Shown here: piece by piece, positions 12,887 to 26,065 of the stretch
Layout of the letters: each line of letters opens with the position of its first letter
How positions within the stretch are numbered: the first letter of the stretch is position 1
Origin: Octopus vulgaris
Taxonomy: Eukaryota
DNA: 64,000 bases
Assembly: GCA_951406725.2 (NCBI GenBank)
Contig: OX597816.1
Location: 11,718,001 to 11,782,000, forward strand
Direction: 5' to 3'
Program-made: the position numbers and the translations under genes
Notes under the pieces: generated by a model
Databases searched by the model: none
What the model was told of the DNA's origin: nothing
The model's input: only the letters and a program-made list of their open reading frames with translations

Positions 12887-13750
12887 AGGTGCATGCTTGG
12901 CTATGTGGTAAGAAGCTTGCTTCCCAACCACATGGTTCCGAGTTCAATACCCCTATACTTCACTTTGAGCATATGTTTTCTTTTATAGCCTCGGGCTGTT
13001 CAAAGCCTTGTAAGTTAATTTAGCTGACAAAAACTGATAGAAATCAATCATATATGTATACATGTGTGTGTACTTGTATCTATATATATATATGTATCTA
13101 TGTAGGGTGGTGAGCTGGCAGAATCGATAACACACTGGACGAAATGCTTAACAGTATTTCATCTGCCGCTATGTTCTGTGTTCAAATTCCGCCAAGGTCG
13201 ACTTCGCCTTTCATCCTTTTGACGTCAATTAAATAAGTACCAGTTACGCACTGGGGTCGATGTAATTGACTTAATCCATTTCTCTGTCCTTATTTGTCCC
13301 CTCTGTGTTTAGCCCCTTGTGAGTAGTAAAGAAATAGGCATTTCGTCTGTCTTTATGTTCTGAGTTCAAATTCCACCGAGGTCAACTTTGCCTTTCATCC
13401 TTTCGGAGTCAATAAATTAAGTAGCAGTTGCATACTGGAGTTGATCTAATTGACTGGCTCCCCCTCCAAAAAACTTCAGGCCTTATGCCTAGAGTAGAAA
13501 AGTATACGTATCTATGTATATTTATTTGTGAGTCTCTGTCTCTGTTTGTCCACCCACCCCTACTTGACAACCGGTGTTGGTGTGTTGACATCCCTGTATA
13601 ATAGCGGTGTGGTAAAAGTAACCGATCATAATGTCACCAGGCTTTAAAAAATAAGTACTACGGTTGATTCATTTGACTAAAAATTCTTCAAGGCGGTGCC
13701 CCAGCATGTGCACAGTCACATGACTGAAACAATTGAAAGATACAAGATAA
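12887..13750 (+). mobile_element. Family-B SINE split by a dimeric family-A SINE (13105-13503)
   Basis: B head at 12887-13050 and B tail at 13510-13750; the A dimer lies between them, in the B microsatellite linker. Confidence 0.8.
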
Positions 13751-13799
13751 TTGTCTCTACAAATATCTATACAATACCAGAAATCTAGAGTTGGTTGAG

Positions 13800-15040
13800 T
13801 CATTTAAATTACTTCAGGATCTTTTTTGGCCCAGGAAATATGGAAAGCAAAGTTGCCCTTGGTAGGATTTGAACTCAGAAAGTCAAGAGGTGAAACAAAT
13901 ATTCTTTTCAACTCTAGGCAGAAGGCCTGAAATTTTTGGCTGGGGGCCAGTCGATTTGATCAATCACAGTATGCAACTGGTACTTAATTTATTGACCCCG
14001 AAAGGATGAAAAGCAAAGTTGACCTCGGTGGAATTTGAACTCAGAACATAAAGACAGACAAAATACTGCTAAGCATTTCGCCCGGCATGCTAAGGTTTCT
14101 GCCAGCTTGCCACCTTCGAATCTATATATATTCTTTTCTACTCTAGAAACAAGGCCCGAAATTTTGGGAGAGGGGGCCAGTCAATTAGGTTGACGCCAGT
14201 ATGCAGCTGGTCCTTTATTTATCAACCCAGAAAGGATGAAAGGTAAAGTCGACCTCAGCGGAAATTGAACTCAGAACGTAAAGACAGACGAAATACTGCT
14301 TAGCATTTCGCCCGGCATGCTAGCATTTCTGCTAGCTCGCTGCCTTCGATGAAACAAATATCATACAGTTCTTTGTGCAATCATCTAACAATTCTGCTGA
14401 TATTAATTCTTTTATTCTAGAGCAGCGAGATGGCTGAATTGTTAATACACCAGGCAAAATGCTTAGCGGCATTTTGTTCGTTTTTACGTTTAAGTTCAAA
14501 TGCTACCCACATTGACTTTGCCTTTCATACTTTCAGGGTCGATAAAATAAATACCAGTTGAGTACTGGGGTTGATGTAATCAACTTAACGCTAACCCCAA
14601 AATTGCAGGCCTTGCACCAAAATTTGGAACCAGTATTAATTGTTTCTGATTTTGGCTCAAGGTTACCGATTTTTTGAAGGAACAGTGGGTAACATCAAAC
14701 TTAAGACTTCACCGGCATGGAATTTTAATGAATCCCCAGAAGGATGAAAAGCAGACTTGACCTCAATGGTATTTGAACTCAGAATGTAAAGAGCAGAGAA
14801 AAATGCCACTGAGCACTTTTGTCAGCTGTGCTAATGGTTTGGCCAGTTCACCCAAAAGTTTGAGAATCTCTGGCTTAATCGATTACATGGAAACCCCTAC
14901 TTGACTAATTCTTTATTTTGTTGATCCCAAAGCAATGAAAGGTAAAGTTGAACATCAAAGGATTTGCACCCAGAAAGGAGAAATTCAGAACTCTTCCCAG
15001 AAAGCATTTTTAATCAATGTCCTAATGGTTTTCCTAATTC
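13800..15040. mobile_element. Cluster of about six family-A SINE copies (mostly -; 14419-14640 +)
   Basis: Repeated GAAAGGATGAAAGGCAAAGTCGACCTC...GAATTTGAACTCAGAAC motifs at ~13850, 14000, 14230, 14740 and 14930; a plus-strand copy starts at 14419. Confidence 0.8.
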
Positions 15041-15149
15041 AAATTTGCTATTTTAACATTTTAAACATTTTGAATGGTTTTGAAATCCAAGAGCGGGAAT
15101 GACATTATCCCAAGGGTTTCAAAGTTGATCCAGATCATTGTTTTTTTTA

Positions 15150-15555
15150 TACTTTTATTCTTTTACTTGCTTCGGTCATTTTGACTGTGGCCATGCTGGA
15201 GCACCACCTTTTAGTCAAACAAATCGACCCCAAGGACTTATTCTTTGTAAGCCTAATACTTATTCTGTCGGTTTCCTTTTGCTGAACCACTAAGTGACGG
15301 GGACATAAACACACCAGCATCGGTTATCAAGCAATGGTGGGGGAACAAACACTAACACACAAATGCATACACAAACACACACACATGCACACGTGCGCAC
15401 ACATATATGATGGGATTCTTTCAGTTTCCATCCACTAAATCTACTAAATCCACTCACAAGGCTTAGGTCAATCCAAAGGTATAGTAGAAAGACATTTGCT
15501 CAAGGTGCCACACAGTGGGATTGAACATGGAACCATGTGATTAGGAAGCAAGATT
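15150..15555 (-). mobile_element. SINE family B
   Basis: Reverse complement of the family-B consensus over its whole length. Confidence 0.85.
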
Positions 15556-15589
15556 AGTCATCTGTTGCTACATGTTCATGACATGTAAA

Positions 15590-15906
15590 AGCACATGGCT
15601 TCATTGTTAGAGTTTTTTGCTCATGATTGTAAGGTCATAAGTTCAATTTCCACTGGTGCTTTGTCCTTGAGCAAGACACTTTATTTCGCTTTGCTCCAGT
15701 CCATTCAGCTGACAAAAATGAGTTGTACCCAAAATTGAAAAGGACCAGCCTTGTCACATTCTGTGTCACATTGAATCTCCTTGGAAACTAAATTAAGGGC
15801 ACACATGTCTGTGAAGTGCTCATCCACTTGCATGTTAATTTAATGGGGGTGCTGTCCATTGATCAGATCAACTGGATCCCTTGTTGTCGTAACCGACCGA
15901 GTGTCA
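15590..15906 (+). mobile_element. SINE family E (tRNA head + V-domain-like TGTCCTTGAGCAAGACACTT core)
   Basis: Degenerate A/B boxes, then TGTCCTTGAGCAAGACACTTTATTTC...CCAGTCCATTCAGCTG. The tail is shared with 10456-10612 and 55960-56135. Confidence 0.75.
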
Positions 15907-16449
15907 CATTTTTTATGACGCACGTGCTTCCCCTAGTGGCCATTGCTTTTACAAGGGAGGTAATGATTTTATCATAGTATGAAGCAGGATTAGAAATTTG
16001 AAATTGAAATTAAGGCACTACAATTAAAAGGATCAATAGAATTTGCATATCTAATCATTTAGGCATTGACGATCATATACAGCATGATTTCATTCTTTTT
16101 TTTTTTCAGAAATCATCAGTATGACGTAATCTGTGACTTATTAATTAAACATTTTATGAAGTGAGACATTTCATTAAATATGGAAATAACTACAGTTTGG
16201 AGAAAATTCATGGAATGGATTCTTTTCCTTTTCTTCGTAGAACATTAGAAGATTAGGAATCACAAAAAATTGTTTTGTTCTGAACCACAGGTTCCAGGGA
16301 CCATGCGGCCCTCGAGCACTCTTCCAGTAGCTCTTGATGGTCTTCCCTCTCTAAATATGATGTTTCTTTCTTTTACTGCACCCTCTAAAAATATCCAGGC
16401 TTTGGTTCAGGCCCTGATATTACAAATGTTGAGAATTACTGAACATTAA

Positions 16450-16904
16450 TTACATTATTTACATTTGATGGATATTTGTCCACATCTATTTGTCCCTGTA
16501 ACCGGTAGAATAAGTGCTAGGCTTACAAAGAATAAGTCCTGGGGTCAATTTCTTCAACTAAAAGCAGTGCTCCAGCATGGCTGCAATCAAATGACTGAAA
16601 CAAGTAAAAGAGTAAAGAGTAAGAGTACCTTGTTTGCTGTTAACACAATGTATCGGTTGATATATCCTTCAGCCTTTATCAGGTGTCTTGGGGAAATTTT
16701 GAACCTGGGTTCTCATTCCTAAGGTATTTTTTGATGTTATCATTATTATTATCATTATTAAGGTCACTGCCTGGAATCAAACTCGGAATCTTGGGGTTAG
16801 TAGCTCGCGCTCTTAACCACTACACCATATGCCTGTGGGCAAGTATGGAGTGAATTTTAGGGCTTATAAATCTAATATTTTTCTATCCTGGTTTAAACAT
16901 AGAA
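16450..16904 (-). mobile_element. tRNA-head + hammerhead element (second copy), interrupted by a family-B tail at ~16490-16626
   Basis: Minus strand: TGGTGTAGTGGTTAAGAGCGCGAGCTACTAACCCCAAGATTCCGAGTTTGATTCC ... ACACCTGATAAAGGCTGAAGGATATATCAACCGATACATTGTGT. Homologous to 25960-26242. Confidence 0.8.
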
Positions 16905-16907
16905 TAA

Positions 16908-17240
16908 TGGCACTTGTGCTGGTGGCACATGTAAAGACATTCGAGTGAGGTCGTCGCCAGTACCACTAGATTGTCTCCTGTGCAGGTGGCACATAAAAAG
17001 CACCATTTGAGTGTGGCCGCTGCCAGTACTGCCTGACTGGCCATTGTGCCAGTGACACATAAATGCACCCACTACACTCTCGGAGTAATTGGCATTAGGA
17101 AGGGCATCCAGCTGTAGAAACTCTGCCAGTTCAGATTGGAGTCTGGTGCAGCCATCTGGTTCGCCAGACCTCAGTCAAATCGTCCAACCCATGCTAGCAT
17201 GGAAAGCAGACGTTAAACAATGATGATGATGATGATGATG
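16908..17240 (+). mobile_element. SINE family D with internal ~60-bp repeats
   Basis: GGCACAT...AAAAGCAC units, then GGCATTAGGAAGGGCATCCAGCTGTAGAAA and a (GAT)n tail. Confidence 0.85.
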
Positions 17241-17520
17241 AATTCTGCTTTGCCAAAATGACTTATATATATAGTTACCAGTAATTTCAGTTTTAGCCGC
17301 AAAAAACTTCAACAGCCGTTTCCAGTAAGATTCTTTCAATTGTAAACATTTGATTCAGGCTGTTATTTCTGAGTGGTAGTTCTACGTATATGAAACAGTC
17401 AGCTCTTCATAAAACACATAAGACTTTGACCGACAGCAACAGCTTAAAATGAACTTAAATGAAATCACATCTAGTGTTTTTCAAACACATTTGATTCCCG
17501 TAGTGATTGTAGCTATTACA

Positions 17521-17937
17521 ACTCTTTTACTCTTTTACTTTTTTCAGTCATTTGACTGCGGCCATGCTGGAGCACCGCCTTTAGTCGAGCAAGTCACCAC
17601 CAGGACGTATTCTTTGTAAGCCTAGTACTTATTCTATTGGTCTCTTTTGCCAAACTACTAAGTTACGGGGATGTAAACTGACCAGCATCGGTTGTCAAGC
17701 AATGTTGGGGAGACAAACACAGTCATACAAACATATACACACATATACATATATATATATATATGCATATATACGATGGGCTTCTTTCAGTTTCCGTCTA
17801 CCAAATCCATTCACAAGGTTTTGCTCAGCCCAAGGCTATAGTAGAAAGCACTTGCCCAAGGTGCCATGCAGTGGGAATGAACCCAGAACCATGTGGTTAG
17901 TAAGCAAGCTACTTGCCACACAGCCACTCCTGTGCCT
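17521..17937 (-). mobile_element. SINE family B
   Basis: Full-length reverse complement of the family-B consensus. Confidence 0.88.
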
Positions 17938-18117
17938 ATGTTGACATTGGTGAGGGCATCCAGCCAAAGGAACCTTATCAAGGGCAACACTGACGACCAA
18001 CGCAACCCTCAGACTAGTCTGTGTTCCACCACGGAACACAGACATTAAATAATGATGAGTAATTACAGTATAAGTTAATTGTAAATTCAATAATTTACAA
18101 TAATTTACAATTATTTA

Positions 18118-18515
18118 CAATTCCACTATATGGCTCAGAAACCTGGGCGTTATCAAAGAAGCTTGAGAGATGGTTGGATGGAACTTACACTCGCCTCCTT
18201 ATGAGAGCTCAAAATCTCTCATGGAAGCGTCATCCAACCAAAGTACAAATATATGGGAAATTACCACCTGTATCGTCTCTTGTAAAAGGTAGAAGAGCCC
18301 AGTTTGCTGGACATTGTTGTAGAGCTGAAAACGAGGTAATTTCTATCTTCCCCTCTTGAAGCCATCTGGTATCGCGATACCAGAGGGTGCTGTAATCTCC
18401 AGGGATACAGGCATCCAGCAACAGGACCTCCGTAATGCTATAATGAACCGTGAAGTCTGGCGTAACATAGTAAATTCCATTGTCTCGACCACGGTCGAAA
18501 AATGATGATGATGAC
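18118..18515 (+). mobile_element. 5'-truncated RTE-type LINE 3' end (RT C-terminal remnant)
   Basis: Translation LYGSETWALSKKLERWLDGTYTRLLMRAQNLSWKRHPTKVQIYGKLPPVSSLVKGRRAQFAGHCCR ... NREVWRNIVNSIVSTTVEK*, followed by a (GAT)n tail. Confidence 0.85.
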
Positions 18516-19179
18516 GGTATAGGTACAAAGGGATCCTTTCATTTTCCAGCTACAAAATCTTTTCAGAAGGCTTTGGAGAACCTGGGGCTATTCCAGAACA
18601 TAATTGCCCTAGTTGCCATACAGCTAGACAGAGTCGAAACTCGTGTGGTTTTCATAAAGAAACCATATGGTTGACTATGAAGATAAAAGAGTTAAAAAGG
18701 CTCAGTTACTATGAGACCGTAATGAACGCAATGATGGAAGATGCATTAGGATATCATCAACCCCAAATCAGAGATAATGTTCAAAGTTATTCACCATCAG
18801 CATTCCTTTAAACTACACTTGAATGTAAATATGGCATAAAAAGTAATGAGGTACAGATAAAAGCTATACATTAGAAAGATCATTATAAAGCTTCCTGATA
18901 AATTATTTCCATATAATTTAGTGTTCTATCATCATGGAGAGCATTAGGTCACACAGCTTCAGTGACACATTTTTCGAACTGTGTTTGATGCCATAAAATC
19001 AGGAAAGAAAAAAATGCTAAAAATCAAAGAAACAAAAATGATTGATTTTCAGCATGGAAGATCATACTGCCTTTCAAGAAGAATTAATCCAAATAAGAAC
19101 GAAAACAGAAACCCCAAAAAAAAATGAAAAACCAAAAATAGGGAGGAAGACCAGAAAACAACAAAAACAAATGTTCTGG

Positions 19180-19470
19180 CAGTGGTGGTGATGGTGGTGT
19201 GGTAGTGATGATGGGGGTGATAATGGTGGTGGCGGTGGTAGTGATGATGATGGTGGTGGTGATGGCAGTGTTGATGGTGGTGGTGGTGGTGGTGGTGGTG
19301 TTGATGGTGATGGTGGTAGTGGTGGTGGTGGTGGTGGTGGTGCTGATAGTGGTGATGATGATGGTGGTGGTGGTGGTGAAGATGGTGATGACAACGATGA
19401 TGATGATAATGATAGCGATGATGAGGGTGGCCATGATGATCACGATGATGATGAGGGGGTGGCGATGATG
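19180..19470. repeat. (GGT/GAT)n imperfect microsatellite
   Basis: Visible triplet repeats. Confidence 0.9.
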
Positions 19471-20324
19471 GCCGTGGTAATGGCTGGGCCAAAGACGTCG
19501 GCGGTGGCAGTTGAAGCGATATAGCGATATCAGGATATCAAACAGGTGATAAGATCAGAGAGAATATCGTTCTCGAAATAAGTAATGAAATTGTTCAAAA
19601 GTCAGTCGTAATTGAATTTATAATGGCTCGTTAATTGTTGGGCATTATTCTGCTTGATGTCTCTAATATCGCTGTTAGCCGTTAGTGTTTAGTAAATAAA
19701 CGAATGAATAACTAGAATATCAATTAAAAATAGAAATGAATTAAAACTAAATGCAATACGATATTTAGTGGTGATTGGTCGATACGTAAAATCAGAGGTG
19801 GGTAATTTTTGAAAATGAAGCAAAATTGAATTCAAAGAAAATAAGGATCAAGTAATTGACCTTGGCAATGGCTTCATTAATGTTCTTTTAATGAATTCCT
19901 CAGAATCGGTCGTTACAATAACAACTGAAGCAGCATTGATAAATTTTTATTCTAATTAAAAGGAACAGGTATGTTCTCTCTCTCTCTCTATCGCTCTGTC
20001 TCACCATCTGTATGTCTATCTGTCTGCTTATCTCCCTGTTTGTCTCTCCCTATATATATATATATATATATAATAATGATAATATGAGGGAATATTGTTC
20101 CAAACTTACAGGGAAAAATTCAATTTAGAAATACTAAATCAAATTTCACAAAATGTAATATATATATATATATATATATAAATTAGAAAAAACCCCCACC
20201 TTTTATCAATTCAATAATGAAAAATTAAATTATACTATCTAGAAAATTACATATTATAGAAAAATTAAATATAAGATAAAACATATAACGATGATTAAGT
20301 AATGTGCAAAATAATAAATAAAAC

Positions 20325-20355
<31 letters not shown>

Positions 20356-20358
<3 letters not shown>

Positions 20359-20598
20359 TCATCATCATCATCATCGTTTAATGTCCATTTTCCATGCTAG
20401 CATGGGTTGGATGGTTTGACTGGTGTCTGGGAAGCCAGGAGGCTGCTCCAGACTCCAGTCTGATCTGGCAGTGTTTCTACAGCTGGATGCCCTTCCTAAC
20501 GCCAACCACTCCATGAGTGTAGTGGGTGCTTTTTACGTGCCACTGGCACGGGTATCACAACTACAATTTCCAATTGATTTTTATTTTGATGTTGATGT
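20356..20598 (-). mobile_element. SINE family D, between (TA)n tracts
   Basis: Same sequence as 6372-6606. Confidence 0.85.
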
Positions 20599-21123
20599 AC
20601 TTGACTCAATAAGTCTCCTATATATATATATATATATATATAAAATACAAAATGGGACAAGACAAGAATGCAAAACATCCGAACAGGTGATACAAAAAGG
20701 GACAACAAAACATCCAGATAGACGATACAAAGAAAACAAGGACAGGTCATTTGAAGCTTTTTATCCTCAGTCAAGCACCAGATTATCCCCGCAGTTTCGG
20801 CTGATTATACTTGATTAATAATAATATGACAACAAAAGCATGAATGAGACCTCAGTATCATGTAAATAGAGGAATTTAAGAATTTATCTATAAATATAAT
20901 ATAGGACAATCAGTTCGTTATCTATCTATAGACAATCAGTTACATGAAGAAGAACTCCACTAAAGCTATAAAAATACACACCTTTGAAAGTGATTTTTAC
21001 TACATCTATCTGTATTTACACATATATTTGTCTACGTATATATGTATGTATATATGAATTTTTTGCATGATGAGATAAAAAAAACCCAAGGCTATATAGA
21101 TATTAGAGCATTTATAGATAGAA

Positions 21124-21177
21124 TGTCTTACAGCTGTTTCTAGGATATTAATTAATAATATCCCTTCATTGGAGACG
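21124..21177 (-). ncRNA. Degenerate type-I hammerhead motif within a PLE-like terminal repeat (~20820-21200)
   Basis: GTCT-CCAATGA-AGGGATATTA..TAATATCCTA-GAA-ACAGCTGT-A-AGAC. Stem I is GUCU/AGAC, stem III is palindromic, the site is GUA; the core is mutated from CUGAUGA. Confidence 0.5.
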
Positions 21178-21965
21178 GTGTGAGAGGAAAAAAAATTATT
21201 CATAGTTAGTTTCGATGTGATACAAAATAGAGAAATAGAGAGTGATGTGGAGGAAAGAAAATAGATGTAAGATATGTATGGTATGTATATATGTATGTAT
21301 ATATGTATGTAGGTATGTATGTCTTTCCCTGACTTTCAGATTTGGCTTCCCAATCTCCACCTTTTTTTTTTTGCAAATCTTTCTGATTCCTCTCACCATC
21401 TTTGCAAACATCCTTCATTTCTTTTGTAGTTTATTAAATTTGTCCTCCTACCTTTGATATCAATGACCCTCACCAGATACACAACCCAACTATATTTCAA
21501 CAATTTTAAGGACTTGATAATATCATTTACTTTTATCTATTTTCGGATCCATTCCTTTATTTTATGGTTTTCTCATTTTATTTCTATTATAGAACAGTGA
21601 TGAGGACGTCCATCTGTCATGGGCAGAATCTGTTATGAGACTTTTAATATCTTCTTAGCTTCATTTGTTAAGCTGTTCTTTGCATCTTTTTCTCTTTATG
21701 GTTTTAAGTTTTGTTTCAGTCGGTTTGGCTGTGGCCATGCTGGGGCACCACTTTGAAGAATTTTAGTGGAACAAATCAACCCCAGCACTTATATTTATAA
21801 GTCTGGTGCTCATTCTGTTGTACTCTTTTGCCAAGTTACTCATTTGCTAAGTTACGGAAATATAAACACACCAACGACAGTCATTAAGAAGTGGTGGGGT
21901 ACACACACACACACACACACACGCACTTATACAAGCCTTGTGCCTAAAGTAGGAAAGAATATATT

Positions 21966-22166
21966 TAAATGATAAACTTGTAGAAAGTTTTACAGATTTT
22001 TACAGTTCTAGTGATGGATTGTATCTGTAGTCTTTGAATTAGCTGTCTCCTTTCTGGTTTTGAGAAGCCTAATTTCTCAAGATTGATATTTATTCAGTGT
22101 GTTACATATCCCAGGGCCCCAATAATTACAGGTATAAACCTGAACTTGCAATCTGGATAGAGTAAC
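21966..22166 (-). mobile_element. 3' fragment of an R4/NeSL-like (restriction-like endonuclease) non-LTR retrotransposon
   Basis: Minus-strand translation LLYPDCKFRFIPVIIGALGYVTH*ININLEKLGFSKPERRQLIQRLQIQSITRTVKICKTFYKFII*, with the PVIIGALG RLE C-terminal motif. Confidence 0.75.
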
Positions 22167-22189
22167 TAGTAACTATATGTATGTATGTT

Positions 22190-22492
22190 GGAGGTGCAAT
22201 GGCTCAGTGGTTAGAGCAGCGGACTTGCGGTCATAGGATTGCAGTTTTGATTCCCAGACCGGGCGTTGTGAGTGTTTATTGAGCGAAAACACCTAAAGCT
22301 CCATGAGGCTCCGGCAGGGGAAGTGGTGGCAATCCCTGCTGTACTCTTTCGCCGCAACTTTCTCTCACTCTTTCTTCTGTTGGTCTGCTCACTTAGCCAG
22401 TGGGGTGGCGTCATTTGAAGGCTAAAACAATGTGAAGCGCATTGTGACCAGCGATGTGTAGCAACATCTGATGGTCTGGTCAATCACGGGAT
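22190..22492 (+). mobile_element. SINE family C (tRNA-Arg-like head; resembles Octopus OR-type SINEs)
   Basis: GGAGGTGCAATGGCTCAGTGGTTAGAGCAGCGGACTTGCGGTC...GATTCCC head; body shared with 27291 and 50681. Confidence 0.85.
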
Positions 22493-22884
22493 ATGTATGT
22501 ATGTATGGACAGACGGATGGATGTATAAGACAATTCTAAACCAAAATATTTATATCTTCCCATGATTGCAATATTTTACTGCAATTTCCAGATTTCTGTT
22601 TGGGATTTTTATCTTACATTAAGGCAGAGAAATATAATTATGTTACCTTCCTCTTTACCAACTCCTGTTTTATATGTTATTCTCTCTTCTTCACTCTGCC
22701 ACTCTCACACCTTTTACTTCCTTTTTCCTTCTCTCTCTCTGTCCCCTTCACTCTCTCTCTCTCTGTCTCTCCCCCACACTCTCTTTCCACCTCATCCAAC
22801 CAGAAGTATATGTGTATCTTCTAGCTGGAAATGATTATGTCAAAAGTGCTGTAGACTATTTGTTGGATATGAAATACATACATA

Positions 22885-22887
22885 AAC

Positions 22888-22921
<34 letters not shown>

Positions 22922-22928
22922 TACTTAT

Positions 22929-22965
<37 letters not shown>

Positions 22966-22991
22966 CATATAAATATATATATACATGCATA

Positions 22992-23043
<52 letters not shown>

Positions 23044-24420
23044 TGCACATATATATATTTGTGTGTGTGTGTATATGCATACATATATATGTGTGAGTGT
23101 GTGTATGTGCATATATATATATATATTTATATATGTATATATATGTATGTATACAGATAGATAGTTAAGTAGATTGATAGAAAGATAGATAGATAGGTAG
23201 ACTATGCATGCATATGAACAAAGGAGAGAGAAAGGGAGAGAAACCGATATGAGAATGAAAGCGAAACAAAGAGAAAGAGAGAGAGAGTGAGAAAGGGGAG
23301 AAAAAGAGAGAAGGGAAAGAAAATGGAAATTAAGAAGAAAGGAACCAAGAGAAAAAGTCTGCAAGTAAAAATATTAAAGAGCAGAAAAATTGCTACAAAC
23401 TCTGGAAGAAATAATGGAAAAATAAGAAACTGGCCAACCCGGTGCTGCTATGATACATTTATTTTACGAGGAATCTTTGATGGAAATTGAAGCAACAATT
23501 CACCATGGCAGTCTTGGGATGAATGCTTCCTGAGTCAAGAATAGCTTCCATCTTTAGAATCGGTAGATTTTGGAATTGCATAATGTAATCAACACTGCTC
23601 CAAAATAATATATCAATTTGAAGATATTTTGCTGAAATCCAAATGAGGTAAAGAAGAATCTGAGTGACCTTTATAATTTCGGTATTGGTTCTTATAATGG
23701 GAATCCCATTATCCGACAACCATAAACAAATGTTTTTCTTCTGCTTTTTATTATATGCGGTTGTATAAAATATCAACCTGAGCAGATTGCTTCTATGTAA
23801 TTGCCAAAGTGTAATAAAGAGGGAGAGAGAAAGTTCGGCTTTCTTTGGTTGCAGAACACATATATGTATATAATTCTCTGATTTTCCATTAGTCAATACA
23901 CACACACACACATGTAGCGAGAGAGAGATAGAGAGAGAGAGATAATACAAAGAGAGGCTGATAGATACACACACACACACATATATTATATATATACATA
24001 CATACATTTATACACATGTATATATGCAAGTGTGTGTATATATATATATATATATATACATATATATATAGTGTATTGACATATACATATATATATATAT
24101 ATATACATATATACATGTATGTATGTGTGTGTGTGTGTGTATATATATGTATGTATATGTATATATATGTGTATATGTATATATATATGTATATATGTGT
24201 ATATATGTATGTATGTATGTATATATATATATATATGTGTGTGCATATATGTATGTATGTATATATATGTATGTATGTTTTATATATGTATGTATATGTA
24301 TATATTGTAATATGTGATTATATACATATAAATCTCTCTCTATATAGATATGTATATATGAATATGTATGTATATATATATATTTATGTATGTATGCACA
24401 TTTGCATAGCTGTATGAAGT
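22885..24420. repeat. (TA)n/(TG)n/(TATG)n microsatellite blocks flanking a unique ~500-bp island (23380-23880)
   Basis: Visible simple repeats. Confidence 0.85.
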
Positions 24421-24939
24421 GCATTTACATAGCAGTCATGTTGAAATATATGTACAGCATGATATATTGCAATCAATTACACCTGTGAAAGGAAACACCT
24501 AAGAACATTATCTTCAACAACAACAATGCCAGCAACACCACCACCACCACCACCACCACCACCACCACCACCACCGACAACAACAAGTAGCAGCAGTATG
24601 CCCTTTAATTAACCAAATCTAACGTAGCCTTTTATTACTCTGTGCTACAAACGCAAGTGTCCGAATCCCAAATATGACGCCCTCTCCTCCACTCACTTGT
24701 TACCTGTAATGAAATACCCTGCATTCTATAAATGTATGAGTCTTCTTGCTGTTGTTGTTGTTGTTGGTTCTTATGATTTTGTGTCTTTCTGAAGGCTTTG
24801 TGATGCGAGCAAACCTCACCCGGGTTTGGTAAGGCAGGCAAAGGCTATTAAAGACTTAAAGACTTTCATCTTTTTTCATCCCCGAGAAATCATTTACAAG
24901 ATTCAAATTCATTGCTTGCAAGCCCAAGGGAAACTAGCG

Positions 24940-25285
24940 TCACCATCATCATCATCATCATCATCAGCATCAGCATCTTTGTCATCATCATCATTGTCAT
25001 CATATTAATTGTTGTCATCGACATCATCATCATCATCATTGTTTTCACTGCTGTCATCATTGTCATCGTCATCATCCTCATCATTGTCATTATCATCATT
25101 GTCATCATCAGCATCATCATGTGTGTGGTGGTGATGATGATGATGGTAGTGGTGATAGTGATGGTGGTGGTGGTGGTGATGGCAGTGGTGAGGTTGATGA
25201 TGATTATGATAATGATAATATATGATGATGGTAACGACAAATGATGCTGACACCGACGCTGACAGTGACAACAATGATGATTATG
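24940..25285. repeat. (CAT)n tract abutting an inverted (GAT/GGT)n tract
   Basis: CAT repeats at 24940-25120 switch to ATG/GTG repeats at 25120-25285. Confidence 0.85.
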
Positions 25286-25369
25286 AAAATTGACTAACTT
25301 GGAGCATTTCAAATTGAACTGGCAGCCAAACTAACCTCAACCATCATTCATACCCCACTCGTGTATTCA

Positions 25370-25695
25370 TATCATCATCATCATCATTATTTGACGTCCA
25401 TTGTCCAAGCTGGCCTGGGTTGGACAGTTTGACCAGGATTGGTCTAACTTGGAATGGTTTTCTACAGCTGGATACCCTTCCTAGTGCCGACCACTCCGAG
25501 AGTGAAATGGGTGCTTTTATGTGCCACCGGCAAATGTGCCATTTGTGTGACACCAGTATCTGCCATGATGTGATTTTGCTCGGCTTGATGGGTCTTCTTC
25601 TCAAGCACAATATAATGCCAAAGGTCTTGGTCATTGCCTCTGTGTGGCCCAACACTTGAAAGGAACTCAGTCACTTTGCCTCCACGAGGCCCAAG
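25370..25695 (-). mobile_element. Long variant of SINE family D
   Basis: D tail plus an upstream segment shared with 33410-33700 (TTGATGGGTCTTCT...GGCCCAACACTTGAAAGGAACTCAG). Confidence 0.75.
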
Positions 25696-25788
25696 TAAAT
25701 GTATGGAATTAACTGCTACATTTATTTCTCTTCATTTGTCCAGCTTGTAAACATCTAGCATGTTTACTAAATTGAGAACATAGATTTA

Positions 25789-26032
25789 GTGCATTATTTA
25801 CATTATTTACATTCGATGGATATTTGTCCTCGTCTTGTTTGTTGTTAACACAATGTTTCGGCTAATATCCCTTCCAGCCTTTGTCAGGTGTCTTGGGGAA
25901 ATTTCAAACCTGGGTTCTCATTTCTAAGGTATTTTTCAATGTTATTATTATTGTTATTATATGGCATGGTGGTTAAGAGCGCGGGCTACTAACCCCAAGA
26001 TTCTGAGTTCAGTTCCATGCAGTGACCTGAAC

Positions 26033-26065
<33 letters not shown>

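Noticed and set aside
16085-16110. Strong-looking splice acceptor (polypyrimidine + CAG)
   Set aside because: No recognisable coding exon or donor downstream; such sites are common by chance in AT-rich DNA.
20740-20815. Possible hammerheads on the minus strand (CTGAGGA...; CCGAAACT)
   Set aside because: I could not assemble the core and three stems convincingly.
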